A model generated the notes under the pieces. The model saw only the letters and a list, made by a program, of their open reading frames with translations. It made no database searches and was not told the origin of the DNA. A stretch of 64,000 nt of DNA from Lama glama (lineage: Eukaryota). Location of the stretch: contig CM052816.1 in assembly GCA_028534125.1 (NCBI GenBank), positions 32,118,001 to 32,182,000 on the forward strand, given 5' to 3'. Position 1 is the first letter of the stretch. Each line of letters starts with the position of its first letter. Below, in pieces: positions 1-12,670 of the stretch. The translations under genes were made by a program, and so were the position numbers.

Positions 1-429
1 CTGATTACTTCAGCCCTATCATGACCAAAAACGTGGCACAGACTATAAAAATTGAGTTATATTCTTCTTCTTTTCCTTGCTGAGTGGGTTTACTCAAACT
101 TTGCTCTCCATGATTAATGAAGACTCCTGTTTTCCTAACCTAAATGTCTCATTCTGCACTGACAAAATCTTTTCCTTTATTGATTTCACAACTAATACCT
201 GATATTGTAGAAAACGACATAAGAGTATAAAGAGAAAAAATAAATTACCCCCATAACCTCTAGCCAAAGATCAGTAAGATGTGATTGCTTGATTACTTTT
301 GTTGTCTCTTGAATTGAATGCTTAATTAACATTTTAAAATTCTTTCTTATTAATAGTGAAGGGATTCAAGTCCATAAGTTTTACTCAAAGTACAACTTTA
401 GCCACATTCCATAACCTTAAGGGAAGGCG

Positions 430-560
430 GTAAAAATGAATTCAGAGAGGGAACATGGCAGATTGTGTACGGCCTTGTAGGCCATTGTGAAAACGTTACC
501 TTTTACTGAAATGAAATAGAGAGTCCCTGGAGAGTTTTAGGCAAAGCAGTAGCATAATTT
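430..560 (-). mobile_element. L2 LINE fragment
   Basis: ggcagattgtgtacggccttgtaggccattgtg...ggagagttttaggcaaagcagtagcataat resembles the antisense L2 3' region. Confidence 0.6.
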
Positions 561-1461
561 AACTGAAAGGATCAATTAAATTAAAAAGTGAAAAGTGCCT
601 ACTTAGGAATGTGAACAATGCCACAGAAACAAAAGTCGGAGAAAATTAATATGCAATTAGCCTTCCCTATCTGTAGGTTATGAGCCCTGATTTAAGAGAA
701 ACATGTTTTATTCTTTGTAACTAAAATAACCAAAATCTAATAAACATGTAAGTAAATATTAGCTATTACATTTTCATCTGATACTAGTGTTTTATATTCA
801 TACAGTCCAGACTACTGAATCTTACATAATGGATACTCAATAAATAAATACCTGCTGGTTTAAAAAGAAAAAAAAGGAGGGGAAGGAGAGGGATGGACAG
901 AGAAGGAGGAAGAAAAGAGAGGAGATAGGAAAATCATTCAGTATACTTACTTCTACAAATAAGGAAATACACTGTCAGGGATAGATAATTAGGCTAATAC
1001 ATCACTAACTAATCTCAAATTTTACAGAATATATAATATGATGAGCCTTTACTTTAAAAACAAAGAACTGAGAAATGTTTCATTTCTTAAAATTTCTCTT
1101 AAAAATTAAGCTTGTATCTGTTCTTACCTATAAAATGTTTGTTTGCCCTGACTTTCTCACTAATGTGGATTCATAGTCCTCACCCCCTCACATACATACA
1201 CAAAGACATAAATTCCTGTGAGAAACTAACATGGGGCAAGAAGATGCACACAGAGCTGACTGTTCTCCCTAAATTAAAGCAGAGCAACAAATAAAGTGCT
1301 AATTTGCACTTTTGGGCTTAGTTTTGCTATCAGTGTTTGAAACAACTTCAGTTTTTATATGATGATTGCTTAATTAAAGGATTTAGTGTGTATTCAAGAG
1401 AGCTACTTGATGCATTTACAAAATGAAATAAGATCTGCTTCTCTATTACTGTGTTTCGCAG

Positions 1462-1670
1462 CTCAAGATATCGTGGGAAATGGACTGAAGTGTAAGTGTG
1501 CTGTCCCCCTGTGAAGCAAACCTACTTCTGGTGCAAGTGGCTTGTATGTCTTCATGATCTACCACCCTCGAAAAGAGAACAGAGATACTCGAACTGAGGT
1601 TACAGCAGGAAAGTACTCTTGTGTGAATCCTCATTTATCCTTTTGTAATAAATAGCTTGCACATCAAATG
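1462..1670 (+). other. Candidate exon of an unidentified gene: terminal exon with short 3' UTR, or 30-nt cassette exon 1462-1491
   Basis: Pyrimidine-rich acceptor ctgcttctctattactgtgtttcgcAG ending 1461. Donor-like GTAAGT at 1492-1497. All three frames stop within ~50 nt if unspliced (LKISWEMD*, SRYRGKWTEV*, QDIVGNGLKCKCAVPL*). AATAAA at 1647-1652. Several CpGs retained in non-repetitive sequence. Confidence 0.45.
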
Positions 1671-3624
1671 GGTCCCACCTACGTGCCAAAGTTTTCATTT
1701 TCTAATACAAATTCCATCCAGAGCCTCAATATCAAGCTGCGTTCTCTCAGCCTTTCCTGTCAATGCCAGACAACAGATCTAGCAGTAACAATTCTTCTGA
1801 CAGTTTTGTGATGGAAATGTGAGGCACAACTTGATACAGACAGCTCTGCTATCATCGCATTATAATTCCTGCAATTCTAACCATAAAATCCACCTTTTGT
1901 GGGTTAAGTAGACAGTTACGATTAAACATCAGGGCCACAGTTTTATTTGTGACTTCTTTCTTTCTTTCCAGTATAAGACTGACTTGATTAGGAAGTCTCA
2001 GGCAAGCACAATATAATTATACTGTTATCATATAATGCATATTTACAAGAGAATATAAATTACTGAATTTGTTGTAGACTAGAGTGATGTTGTATTTTTC
2101 ATTTACTTAAATTCAGTTATCCTCAGCTAGCCAAATTATCCTGATTATACACTGGTTAAACCATCTGCATTTCTGATTGCCCATATACCTTCCTGAATCT
2201 TCACTCTGGATACCAAAGAAGGATAACATTCATTTTAGTCCCTGATATGGAAGCATTTTAATTTTTTATAAATATAGATTGAATTAAAAAACTTGCCACT
2301 TACTTCCCTATAAGGGTAAGTTAAATCATCTTTTTTTCTTTTTCTATAATGAGCATTCTCACAGGGGGTCAATGTGTGGGAATTAATTGGCTGCTGTTTT
2401 TATCATGGGGGACTGGTAACACACTGTCCTTATAACCGAAAAGACCTTATGAACCACACAACTCAGAAGGACCCAAAAACTCATCATAATTGGCTTTCTC
2501 CATGAAAAGAAACTTACAGTAAATCATAAACTGTAACAAAGATAAAATTTTAAAAATGTGAAAGGTGCTAAGGATAAAAATGCTTGCCAAGTATGAGTCT
2601 AGGCATGATGTTGTTTGGCACAGTCAAGGTCCCAGGCTAAGGAGCTGAGGAACCTGGCTCTGTGACTATAAGAAATGCAAAGCATTCCCAGGAGATAAGC
2701 CCTCTGACACCACTGGAGGAGCTCCCAAAAAAGAAGCCCCCATGAGGAAAGGACCTTGCCTATCTTGTTCACTGCCAGAACACATGAGTGTGCTCAGCTA
2801 TTTAAAACACAGGTTCCCAAATATTAAATTATTATTTCTAACTAGTCTGTCTATAGCTATTGTTGTGCATTCCCCAAATGGTCTCCTCCCACCCCAGTCC
2901 TTTCTTGCTCCAGGATGCTTCAGAGAGGCATCACCTGGCAGAGAAGAGCACCTCCAGGATGCTCCTTTACCACCATCAGTGTCAGCTGTGGTCAGCACTT
3001 AAGTGACACTGGTTGTTAAGTATTCTAGAAATCACCCTGCACCCTCTCTTTCCAAGTATCTCCAGTGCACAGAGCTGGGTCTGCCACAGACTAGCTGCTT
3101 GGTAAGTTCTTCTGAGTAAATTTATGAATAAGGGAACTGTTTACTTTCCTTACTTTGAATTTTTTACTTATGCATTTTCCCAGAGACATTACCTATTTGA
3201 TTTGCTAGTTCAACCCAACAAATACCAAATATCTGCATTGGTATTATTCACACTTCCAATGCCATCCACCAAGACAAACTCTGACTGAGTACCTACTACA
3301 TGGCAAAAATTTTTCTGGGCACTGGGGTGACCCTCCAGGAGACTGAGGGATATAGAGATGTGTTTGAACTTCTTCCCCAAAGCACAGATTCCATAAATAA
3401 TTCACAAATAAGAGAGAAAAGGAGATGCCAAAGAGATTAAATGGCTCATAAGTGTGCTACTATTCTTCAGACTCAATTTGACTGCTTTTTGGCTTTAGTC
3501 ATAGGGTCTAAAAGTTATTTGTATGACCAGCTGAAGATATAAAAATAGGCACAAACATATGACAGGTCAGGTTGCATAAGCTTGAGGAGACCTCTAGGCA
3601 TACATGTAGAATCCAAACCCCAAA

Positions 3625-3870
3625 TAACTTACACTCATTGCCTACCTACTATATGTCAAGAACTGTACAGAGCACATACATACAGCCTTTCATTCAGTGT
3701 CCAAAATCATCCCATGAACAAATTCTAGTCTTCACCCCTTTTACACATGGCATAACTAAGTTGTGTAAGGCTAAATAATTTGTCCAAAGGTACACAGCTG
3801 ATAAGTGGTGAGGACAAAATGTAACCTGTCTTTCTGCCTCTAGAGTTCAGGTAGTAAGCACGGCACTACC
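3625..3870 (-). mobile_element. MIR SINE
   Basis: Antisense MIR core: cccttttacacatgg...ttgtccaaaggtacacagctgataagtgg. Confidence 0.65.
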
Positions 3871-4003
3871 TACCTTGTAAAGTCGTATATATAGTACACT
3901 CAGCTTCTCTGAGATTATAAATTTTATGCTAGAATATCCTATATTTAAACTAGAACAGTCCTTACATGTTTTTGGCCACTTTAATTTTCTTCCCAGCTTA
4001 TGG

Positions 4004-4027
4004 ATTGGTCCAGGTTGCTATGGCAAC
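4004..4027. promoter_or_regulatory. Inverted CCAAT box followed by RFX X-box motif
   Basis: ATTGG at 4004-4008; near-palindromic GTTGCTATGGCAAC at 4014-4027 matches the RFX X-box consensus. Motif only, function unproven. Confidence 0.4.
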
Positions 4028-4819
4028 GTTCTCCAGCCTTTCCTTACACTCTCTGTTCATCATGCTCTTCTCTCTGACTCCTTCATCCAGTCTGGTGTGG
4101 CTCCCATAAATGACTGAAACCACCCTGGCAAAATGGCTAGGGTCTGCCCAGCTACATTTCATCTGGACATGGATTTATTTGTTGAACCTCGTCACTTCAC
4201 CCACGCAGCTCACTCCCCTGTTCTGATGCCCTTGACTACTAGTCTATTGCATATTATTGTGTCCATTGTGTCCTTATACTGACCCTATTTACCATTAGAG
4301 CTTGGCTCATAATCTGTCCCTTCTATAGCTCTGAAAATGATCTCTTCCTCAACCTTCCTGAAGGATATAAATTTGTCTCTCTTCTTCGACTCTGAATATT
4401 CATGGACAAACTTCAGAGGATCGAGATACTCTCTTTCCCGCCTTTTCACTATCCAAAAATATCTAAAGACTTTTTTCTTACCACACTGAATTATAAGCCA
4501 AGATGGGATAATGTACCACATATCTTATATCCTTCAGAGTACTCATCCTAGCATTTTGTGCCTAGTAAGTATATAAATAAGTTAATAAATAAATAAATGA
4601 ATAGTTGGCTAGTGGATGAAGAGACTAGAGAAGAGCTGGTGAAGTACACAGGAGAAGGAGAATCTAACTTAAGAGCTATCACTTGTAATTCTTTTTATTG
4701 ATGCAGAGTACCTAAGAAATATTTGTTCATTAAGATTACCAGCTGAACCACCAAAAAAAAAAAAGATTACTAGCATTACTTGGAGTTACTTATTTGGTTT
4801 ACAATACTGTTAATATATT

Positions 4820-5080
4820 AGCTACAATTTATAAGACAACTACTGTATACCAGGCACTAACCTGGGTGCTCTTGATCATTTTTAATTAATAGTCCCCAAA
4901 ATATAGAAGGTAAGTGTTAGTATGCCCTTTTCATGGCTGTGAAAAGGCAAGTAGGCAGGTGTGGAGAGTTAAGTTACGATGGAGGATCTCTTAGGGAATA
5001 AAAAGGAGAGATGGATTTGATCCAATGTCCCTTTAATTCCAAATCCGAGACTTCACTCTTTCTACTATACCACGCTGCCT
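4820..5080 (-). mobile_element. MIR SINE
   Basis: tagctacaatttataagacaactactgtataccaggcact...ttctactataccacgctgcctc, antisense MIR. Confidence 0.6.
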
Positions 5081-6149
5081 CATTAATGAACAAGTCTTAT
5101 AAAAAAAATTCCTCTTTAAATTTTCAGGTATTTTCAGGGGGCGGAGATCAAGCACATTGTCTTTAATCCATTACCACAGACTAGTTTGGCAAGAGCATCA
5201 AGCTATCTCATAGCAGAAAGAATGAGTTTGTATAAATAGAATTTGGGATAGGTTAATTTTGTTGGGAGAAAAAGAAGTTTAAGATTAAGAGAAGGATGAG
5301 TCTGTAGTTCAGTGCCCTACAAGATCAAGGAGTAAGATAAGGACACTAAATGACCAGAAGAGACATAGAACCAGAAGCCAAAAGAAGGAACTAATAGAGA
5401 ACAGGATGAGAGAGAAGGGACGGGTACTGACAACAGGCTTTCCTACTTCATAAGGGAGAAGGGGCAGTTTCCCAGTTCTATTTTTCCCCCATCTCTGGCT
5501 CTGATTGTAGGCACAATGCTCTTACTACAAAAAACTACCAGGGTAGGGCAGGATAAGGCAAATAGAAGAGGTTCCACATTGAAATAGCGTGAACACTTAG
5601 AGTTACCTAATGATGGATGAGGGCACCCTAAATTCAAGCCAAGCTACAGGTTTACTTTAAAAACTAAAATCATGCCCAGCTAGAATTAGGACATAAAAGG
5701 AATGTAACCATCCTTAGGCACCAAACAGTAAGATTATTTGGTGGTCACTAGTATTTTTAAACTTGAGTCCATTGTTAGACAAAAATTTAAATGGAATTGA
5801 CAGTCAGGTGCAAAAGTAGGTTTAAGCTATGAGCCATATTCCCACTTGAGATCCAAGGACCACCACAGTTATCTAAGAATATGGGCTGGCATGTCTTTCG
5901 CAGAAGCATTTATTGCAAAAGGGCCTCTCTTTCTCTCTGCTTACAGAACACATCTTTGAGGCAGAGCACTTCTATCTTAGATGATTGAGAAGCTTAAGAA
6001 GTTTAAATACTCAACTTTCTCTGACATGAACTTAGGAATGTGCCCCAAAGTTGCTCTCAGGGAATGGTCTTTCCATTTTTGTAAAAATCTTGCCTTTCCT
6101 CTGATTATTCTCTTGAGTTATGGCCACACATGAATAAAAGTCCTTTTAG

Positions 6150-6576
6150 TTGTAGACACAACCAGTGCTAGCAAATGCTTTCAATCCAGCATGACACCCT
6201 CTTGGGGCATTTCTGTGTGCCTTTGTGCTGGCTTTGCTGTCTGTTGCTTTCTGTGGCCTTGTCAATATTGTTCTTTCACGGACACCCTCCGGCTACTGAG
6301 TCACACACGCAGGGAGCTGGACATGCCTAGGAGTTTGTGTCCATCCTGGCTCTAAGCCAATGACAATGAAAGTCCAGCTTTCTGATCTCAGGTCGAGAGA
6401 GCTCTGAGGCTGAAGCTATCTTCGGTAGACTGCCTGAGATGACAGCTTACTTCCCTCTTCTCTTACAGTGCTTTCTCCACTTCCTTCCAGCTTCTCTTGG
6501 GAGTACTTCCTTAGTCAATTACTCATACATGAATCCTCACATAAGGGTCAGACTCCAAGGAATCTGACTTAAGACA
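6150..6576 (+). mobile_element. Old ERVL-class LTR (LTR16/LTR33-like)
   Basis: Characteristic 3' end: cttgggagtacttccttagtcaattactcatacatgaatcctcac...ggaatctgacttaagaca. Confidence 0.6.
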
Positions 6577-6750
6577 CTAACCCAAATGAAAAATGGCTGG
6601 GGTGGTATGAGTAACACGGCAAGAGGCAATCACAGGCACAGATACAGAGTAAAGTGTTGTCTTGGGAACCGGAGCCCAAGAGCATTTGAGTCTTAGGACT
6701 TCTTTCCCCACTGCCCCTCCATGCTACTCACATGTGATGGTTTGGTATCA

Positions 6751-6775
6751 TGTGTGTGTGTATGTGTGTGTGTGT
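6751..6775 (+). repeat. (TG)n microsatellite, interrupted
   Basis: tgtgtgtgtgtatgtgtgtgtgtgt. Confidence 0.9.
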
Positions 6776-7379
6776 TTCTTTCAGCATCTTCCCCAGTTTC
6801 TCACTGCAGACAGCCTTCCCAAACTTCAGGCAACTAAACAAAGGACACTCAGGTCAGAAATATAAGACTGGTCACCTAAGTGTGCCCTTTCATCAGAGGT
6901 ACACACACACACAAAACCTGTTTAAGATGTAAAGTGCACAAGTAAATTAAGCTGAAAAGGAGTAAAATAAAGTCAGGTTTATAAGATACACTGGCATATT
7001 ACTATAAATATTTTATATGTGAAAATATACTAGTGATTATATAGCATGGAAACATGCATGAAAATAGAACAATTTACTAGTTTTACTAATCTTTCATATA
7101 GGTATAGCTACCTTGTATTCTAGAATAGATGAATGAGAAATAGTATGTCTTGTTAAAAAAATACTATGTCTTGTGTGAAAGGGAAGTAAGTGAAAGGGTT
7201 CAGGTGAATTGTGGCCTTCTCTTTCTACCTTAAAGAGTAGGAGTGAATATTCACATTTCTTGGGCCCGCCTTATGTTTCATGGTGTAGGCAATTATTGAG
7301 ACAATTCGAAACACTGTCTCCCAATCCTTCCCTCTTCTCTTCTGCCAGGAGTTGTGACACACTAACCAACAGTCACATT

Positions 7380-7650
7380 TACTTTATGGCTATGGCCTTC
7401 AAATGTTTTTGGCCCATAGTACCATCACAACTCAATATATGCCCCCCTACACACATACACACAAACAAAACATGTAAACACAATCAAAGCAAACATTTTG
7501 TGAAATAATATTTATTTCTTTCTACCTCTGATGCACTCTGTTTTCCATTGTTTTGTTATAATTGAGTCTACTTCATTTTTTAAAACGCTAGCAGCAAGCA
7601 ACTAAATTGATTTCAGGGCCCATTAATGGGTCACAATCAGTGCCTTGGGA
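7380..7650. mobile_element. hAT-Charlie-type DNA transposon fragment
   Basis: caactaaattgatttcagggcccattaatgggtcacaatcag resembles a Charlie-family subterminal motif; a similar piece occurs in opposite orientation near 38422-38500. Confidence 0.4.
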
Positions 7651-8309
7651 CATTAAGGCCCTGCATCTAAATGCTAATGTTACTAGAAGCACTGACCCTG
7701 TAAGTCATTATCATCCACGGACACCTTGTTGTGCATCAGCTCGTTACTCATGTAACAAATGTGTTTTGAGCACCTACTTCATGCAGGTCTTTTTGCTAAG
7801 AGCCAAGAAAGACACAAATATTAATAAGCACCCATCTTCACCTTTAAAGCTCAGCAGCAGAGTCCTTCATGCAAGCAGCAGGAGTCTATTTTGGCTGGTA
7901 TGATATACAGGAGCTATATAGTATATAGGTATAATATATAGAATTTTATAATTAGATAGATTAGATTAGGTAGATAGACAGCAGCTTTCCTAGGGCTACC
8001 AGGAAAGAGAGAGGACCAGGTAGAAAGTTGGTTGGCCCGAGCTACAATCATAGTCATACTGCAGCAGTGGTCCACAGCGATCCCTGATGGTACTACAGGC
8101 TGCATTGCATATGGACAGCACCCCAAGCCAGCCCTGGACTTCAGTCACTATCACTAGCCATCACTGCCATGTGGCTCTGGGACAGTCCATATGGTGGCCG
8201 TAGTGGCCCTCATCTCCTATCACTGCTTCTCTGAGGCTCTTGAATAACAGTCTGCAGTGACTGTGTCTGACAGTTTGAACTTGGGCCATGTGCCTTTTCA
8301 TGGTGACTG

Positions 8310-8560
8310 ACGGCTTACTTTCTGGTGTCAGACTCCTGGGGTTCAAAGCTTGGGTCTTCTAATTACTTGCTTGTGTGACCATGAGCAAGTTACTTTCTCT
8401 TTGTGTGCTTGAATTTCCTCAACTGTACCAATTTGATAATAGTAGTGCCTATTTCACAGGTATTAATGTAGATTAGCAGATTTAAGATTGCTACAGTTGG
8501 GTATATATTAGGATAGCTGTTATTAAGGACGAGATGAGTTACTACTTGCCAAGTACTTAG
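8310..8560 (+). mobile_element. MIR SINE
   Basis: tggtgtcagactcctggggttcaaa...tgtgtgaccatgagcaagttac...tttcctcaactgta. Confidence 0.7.
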
Positions 8561-10706
8561 AAGTGATTATCTATTACCAGAAGGACTTGGGAAAGGGAAC
8601 ATCTGAAACTTTCAGATTTTATATGGGGGATGGGCTCAGCTTCCAACCAAGACTCAGTAGATGGGAAACTTCCAAACCACATGATGGGCAGTCAAAGAAG
8701 AATGGCCAATAAGCTAGTAGAAAAGTTTAAAAGATGAGCTGAATGATTAGATCCCTGCTCTTGGAGGTCAGGGCTCTGAAGGAATAAAACTGAGAATGGG
8801 ATGGAGAACAGGGACTGTGAAAAGGTCTGGAGCTCTGGGGGCCCTGGACCAGGGACACCTGGCTGAGAAGCCTCTGTGATGAAAACTTGAGGGGAAAGCT
8901 AGAGCAGAGAGAGAAGGCATGAATGCCAGAGGCTTCCTCACTTTACAATTTTGCGATGAATTACTCCTGTTTTCCTCACCCTAAAAACAATCTGACAATC
9001 TACGACAGTAATCTTCAAATATTTTTCCTCATATGGCCCCTAAAACAATTTTGCAAACTATCTACTTTCCTCAGATTTTTAAGTTAAAATCTGGAATTTT
9101 TATCATAAATTAAAATCATTGAAAATGTTGTGATTTCTGGCATATAATATATGCTTTAAATATATTCCTCAAAATCTTGAAGCACTTTTTTTAATTTATA
9201 GAAATTGTCTGCCCTTAAAAGGAAAATGGCAAATAAAGTTCTCAGTTTCAAATCACTTGGGCAAAACAGACAACTTTTGTCAGGAAAAAATGTCTGACTT
9301 TGTGTTTGAATTGAAATGTGTGTGTTAATCTGTGTTCCTGGGTCAAGCATCTGATTCTGAATTCCAGTTCTAAGAAATAAAGAAGACACAGAGCTTTGCC
9401 TTGTGTTTGGAGCCTGAAGCAAATAATGCGTTTTTCTTTTAAGATTCGTCCACCAGAAGTTGCTTCTTATTTTTCTCACACAATGCTCCCTGATGGGCTG
9501 TGAAGTCACAAATTGCCCCTCTGGTACCTTGACAGTTAAGTCTTGAGCACACATCACAGTCAAATGGGTGAAGTGAGGGGAGGCAACTGTGAAAGGGGAG
9601 ATGGGGAGAGAGAGACCACAGATCACAGGCTTGTTCTCAGGTGGGCAGTTTAGGAAAGAATACATTTAGAAGGTGCAGAATGGAAATTTATTCATTAAAA
9701 CAATCCCAGCTTACACAGTCACTTAAAAAAATCTCACTGGAGGGTGCGTTCCAGTTAAAAACAAACAAAGCCTATTCTAGAGCAATATCTAACACAGAAC
9801 TCTGTAAGTCATAAATGTAATATTTCCATTACATCATTCTGTTATAAATATATTCCACTATATATATAATATATATGCATATATATATAAATTGTATGTT
9901 CTGTATCTAGAGTTTGAGCCAATCAGGGCCAATATGGTGGAGTGGGTAACACTCTTGTCCCCACCTTCTCCAAATAAAAGGAAACGAATATCCAGCAAAT
10001 AGTGCTAATATTTTAGATCACACATTTATTTCTGTCTTTGCTAACAGCTTAACTTCTTAGGGGGGCCCTACAAATGCCTTTTGCTCCAAACTAATCTTAA
10101 TAAAATATTGCATTTAACTGTAAAATGATATGAATATTTTATGAATTGCTATGCTACTAAGAGCAAATACATAATCCAAACAGACGCAAGCAGTAAGATA
10201 CTAAGTAATTTTTCCAAAGCATTTTAAAGGGGAGAACCAACGGACTGGGGAGTCACTGAGTCCTCAGGCCACCACACCCCGCCAAGGTCAGCCTCAGAGC
10301 CTCTGGCGCCAACACCAGCAACCACCTCTGCAGAGGTCTGGTCTCCAGCAAGGGACTTTCCTCACCACATCTAAGGAGCTTGAGCTGGCCCCAAGTATGT
10401 AGACCTCTGAAGCTAGATTTCCTAATCACTGTCAAATTGATTTTAAATAGACATCTTCCTTTCTTTCTTTTAACATGCATATGACTGACAAAGCTTTCCA
10501 CAGGAAATGAGAAATCTGCACAGCAATCTTTGCACATTTTCAGGTCAGATAAAATCTTTAAGGAATTAATTATGTATCTTGGAACTCCTGTTACTCAATT
10601 TGTCAAGGCAATTTCTATATGCCAAACAGAGTTTTCCACTCCTGGTCTCGGACTTGCCCCCTGAATGATGCGGAAACAGAAGCCTTCAGACAGACTCTAA
10701 GTTAAA

Positions 10707-10800
10707 TAAGAGAAAGGAAAGAGAAGGGGAGGGGAGGGGAGGGAGGAAGGAAGGAAGGAAGGAAGAAAGAGAGGAAGAAAGAAGAGAGAAAGAAAGAAAC
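10707..10800 (+). repeat. Polypurine (GGAGG/GGAA/GAAA)n low-complexity tract
   Basis: About 90 nt of A/G only on the + strand. Confidence 0.9.
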
Positions 10801-11589
10801 GCTATTAAATGCAAAGCTCCTAACCAAATTCCTTTGAATTAAGATAGTTTAGCCTTCCTCCCAAGAGGAGCAGATTATTTCTGCTTTTCCTCTTCTATTC
10901 CCCTGAATTTATCTTCAAGCAATCATCCAGCAATTGTAAAAACTCCATGAAATGACTAAAACAGCACAGATGACACATGACAAACTGCTGTGGAGATGCA
11001 CTTTGGGTGAGCGATGCTGAAATGGCCCTAAATAGCTCTGCAGGTCTCAGGAGCATAGAGAGGCAAGAGCATCGAGGCCTGTGGCCCTCAGTGTCCTGCC
11101 TTATGGTCTGATTGAGCAAGAGCGCTGGAGGGGAGGGAGAGTGTGAAACAAAATATGGGACAACCAATTCAATACTAGACCATTTAGCTCAAGACCTCCC
11201 TTTAGATGTTAGACTCCCATAAGGATAAATGGCAAATTTTACTCTGTTACTAACACAGAATGAAAAGAAACACAGTGCCCTTTACCCTACCCTCAAAGGA
11301 ATGATTCCCTTGTAAGTGACTTTAGTTTACTAATTTCTAACCCATCTCTTCCACCAACAACCAGTATTGTTAAAGATGTATTTTGAGAATACATTTTCTA
11401 AATTGTTTAGACATTTTAACTAGAATGAGTTTTATATTAACAGCTATGGAGGGGCCACCTAGACTTGATCTTCTGTCTAAAGTGTAAGCCTTTATATATT
11501 CTACAAAAGAGGTGATGTTGCTCTGCACACACAGCATGGTGACTGGAAAATCATTATGGAAGGAAATCAAGGATCTACAGCTGGCCACC

Positions 11590-12670
11590 TGTTGTTTGCC
11601 AACCCAGTAACCATTTCCCTCTGTTCCTTGTAAATGAAACTCTAATTTGTTTCAGTCTCCACGTCAGGACAAGTGCTCTAATCCCTAGCTCAGGAATACA
11701 TCCTGAGCTATGTAAGTCACTCATGGCAATCCCACTTGTCTTGTCTGACTAGTTTGGAGTATATGATACAGTTCTGGTCAGGGAGTCAACACAGGAAACC
11801 ACTGAGGGTCTCCAGGAAAGGTTTCCTTACTCAAGAATCATGTCACAAGGAAGACACAATCCATTTGTCCTGCTGGTTACTATTGCGATTGGACATGGTG
11901 GCCAGTACTTGTGTAGTCATCTGGCAACTATGAGGAGCTACACGGAGCACAAAGCCAAGGCACGGAGCATGGCAGAACAGAAGATGGAAAGAGTTCAGAT
12001 CTTTGACAATGTCACTGAGATGCTCAACTAAATAATTCAGACACTGCCCAATTTTGCACCTTCTTTTCATGACCTTATTATTTCAACCTTCTGTGGTGGC
12101 TTTAAAATATGTCACAATTCTTTGATCCTCTTCCTTAAAAGAGGCGAAGCCTGAATCTCCCACCTTGAGTGTGAGTTAGCCTTTGTGACTCACTTCTAAC
12201 AAAGAGAATAAGGCACAACTGATGGTTACAGAACTTCAGAGACAAGGTCTCAAAAGATGCAATGGCTTCCTCTTCACTCCCCCTCTCAGATCACTCATGG
12301 TGGGTGAAGCTAGTTGTCATGTCATGAGGACACTCAAGCGGCTTAAGGAGCGGCCCACATGTGAGGAACTGAGGTTTTCTGCCAACAGACAGGGAGGTGA
12401 GCCATATCAGAAGCAGAGCTTTCAGGCCCAGTCACCCCCTAAGACGACTGCAGTCTCTGCCTACATCCTAACTGCAACCTCACGAGAGACTCTTAGCCAC
12501 AACCGCCCAGCTAAGCCACTCCTGAAGTGCTGATTCACAGAAAGCGTGCAATAATATGGACTGTTGTTTTCACTCACTACATGTTAGGGAAATTGTTACA
12601 CAAGAGTAGATAACAGAGACACTTTTTAAGATTTGGTCCAATCTTTTCAGACAAAGGTACATTAATTGAT
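11590..12670 (+). mobile_element. Old MLT1 (J/K/L-like) MaLR LTR, interrupted near its 3' end by a younger MLT1
   Basis: gtagtcatctggcaactatgagg...ctttgacaatgtcactgagatgctcaac...ccttattatttcaacc; appears to resume after 12620. Confidence 0.55.
12091..12620 (+). mobile_element. MLT1F/G/H-like MaLR solo LTR
   Basis: Starts tgtggtggctttaaaatatgtcacaattctttga; contains gtcatgtcatgaggacactcaagc...cccacatgtgaggaactgagg; ends gtagataacagagaca. Confidence 0.8.

Noticed and set aside
7138..7175. Short tandem duplication aaata(g/c)tatgtcttgt, and (cctagcctc)n near 62368
   Set aside because: Ordinary slippage duplications with no functional indication.
9156..9665. Longest ORF in the track (169 aa, minus strand)
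   Set aside because: No recognisable domain, non-protein-like composition and no supporting exon structure; compatible with chance.
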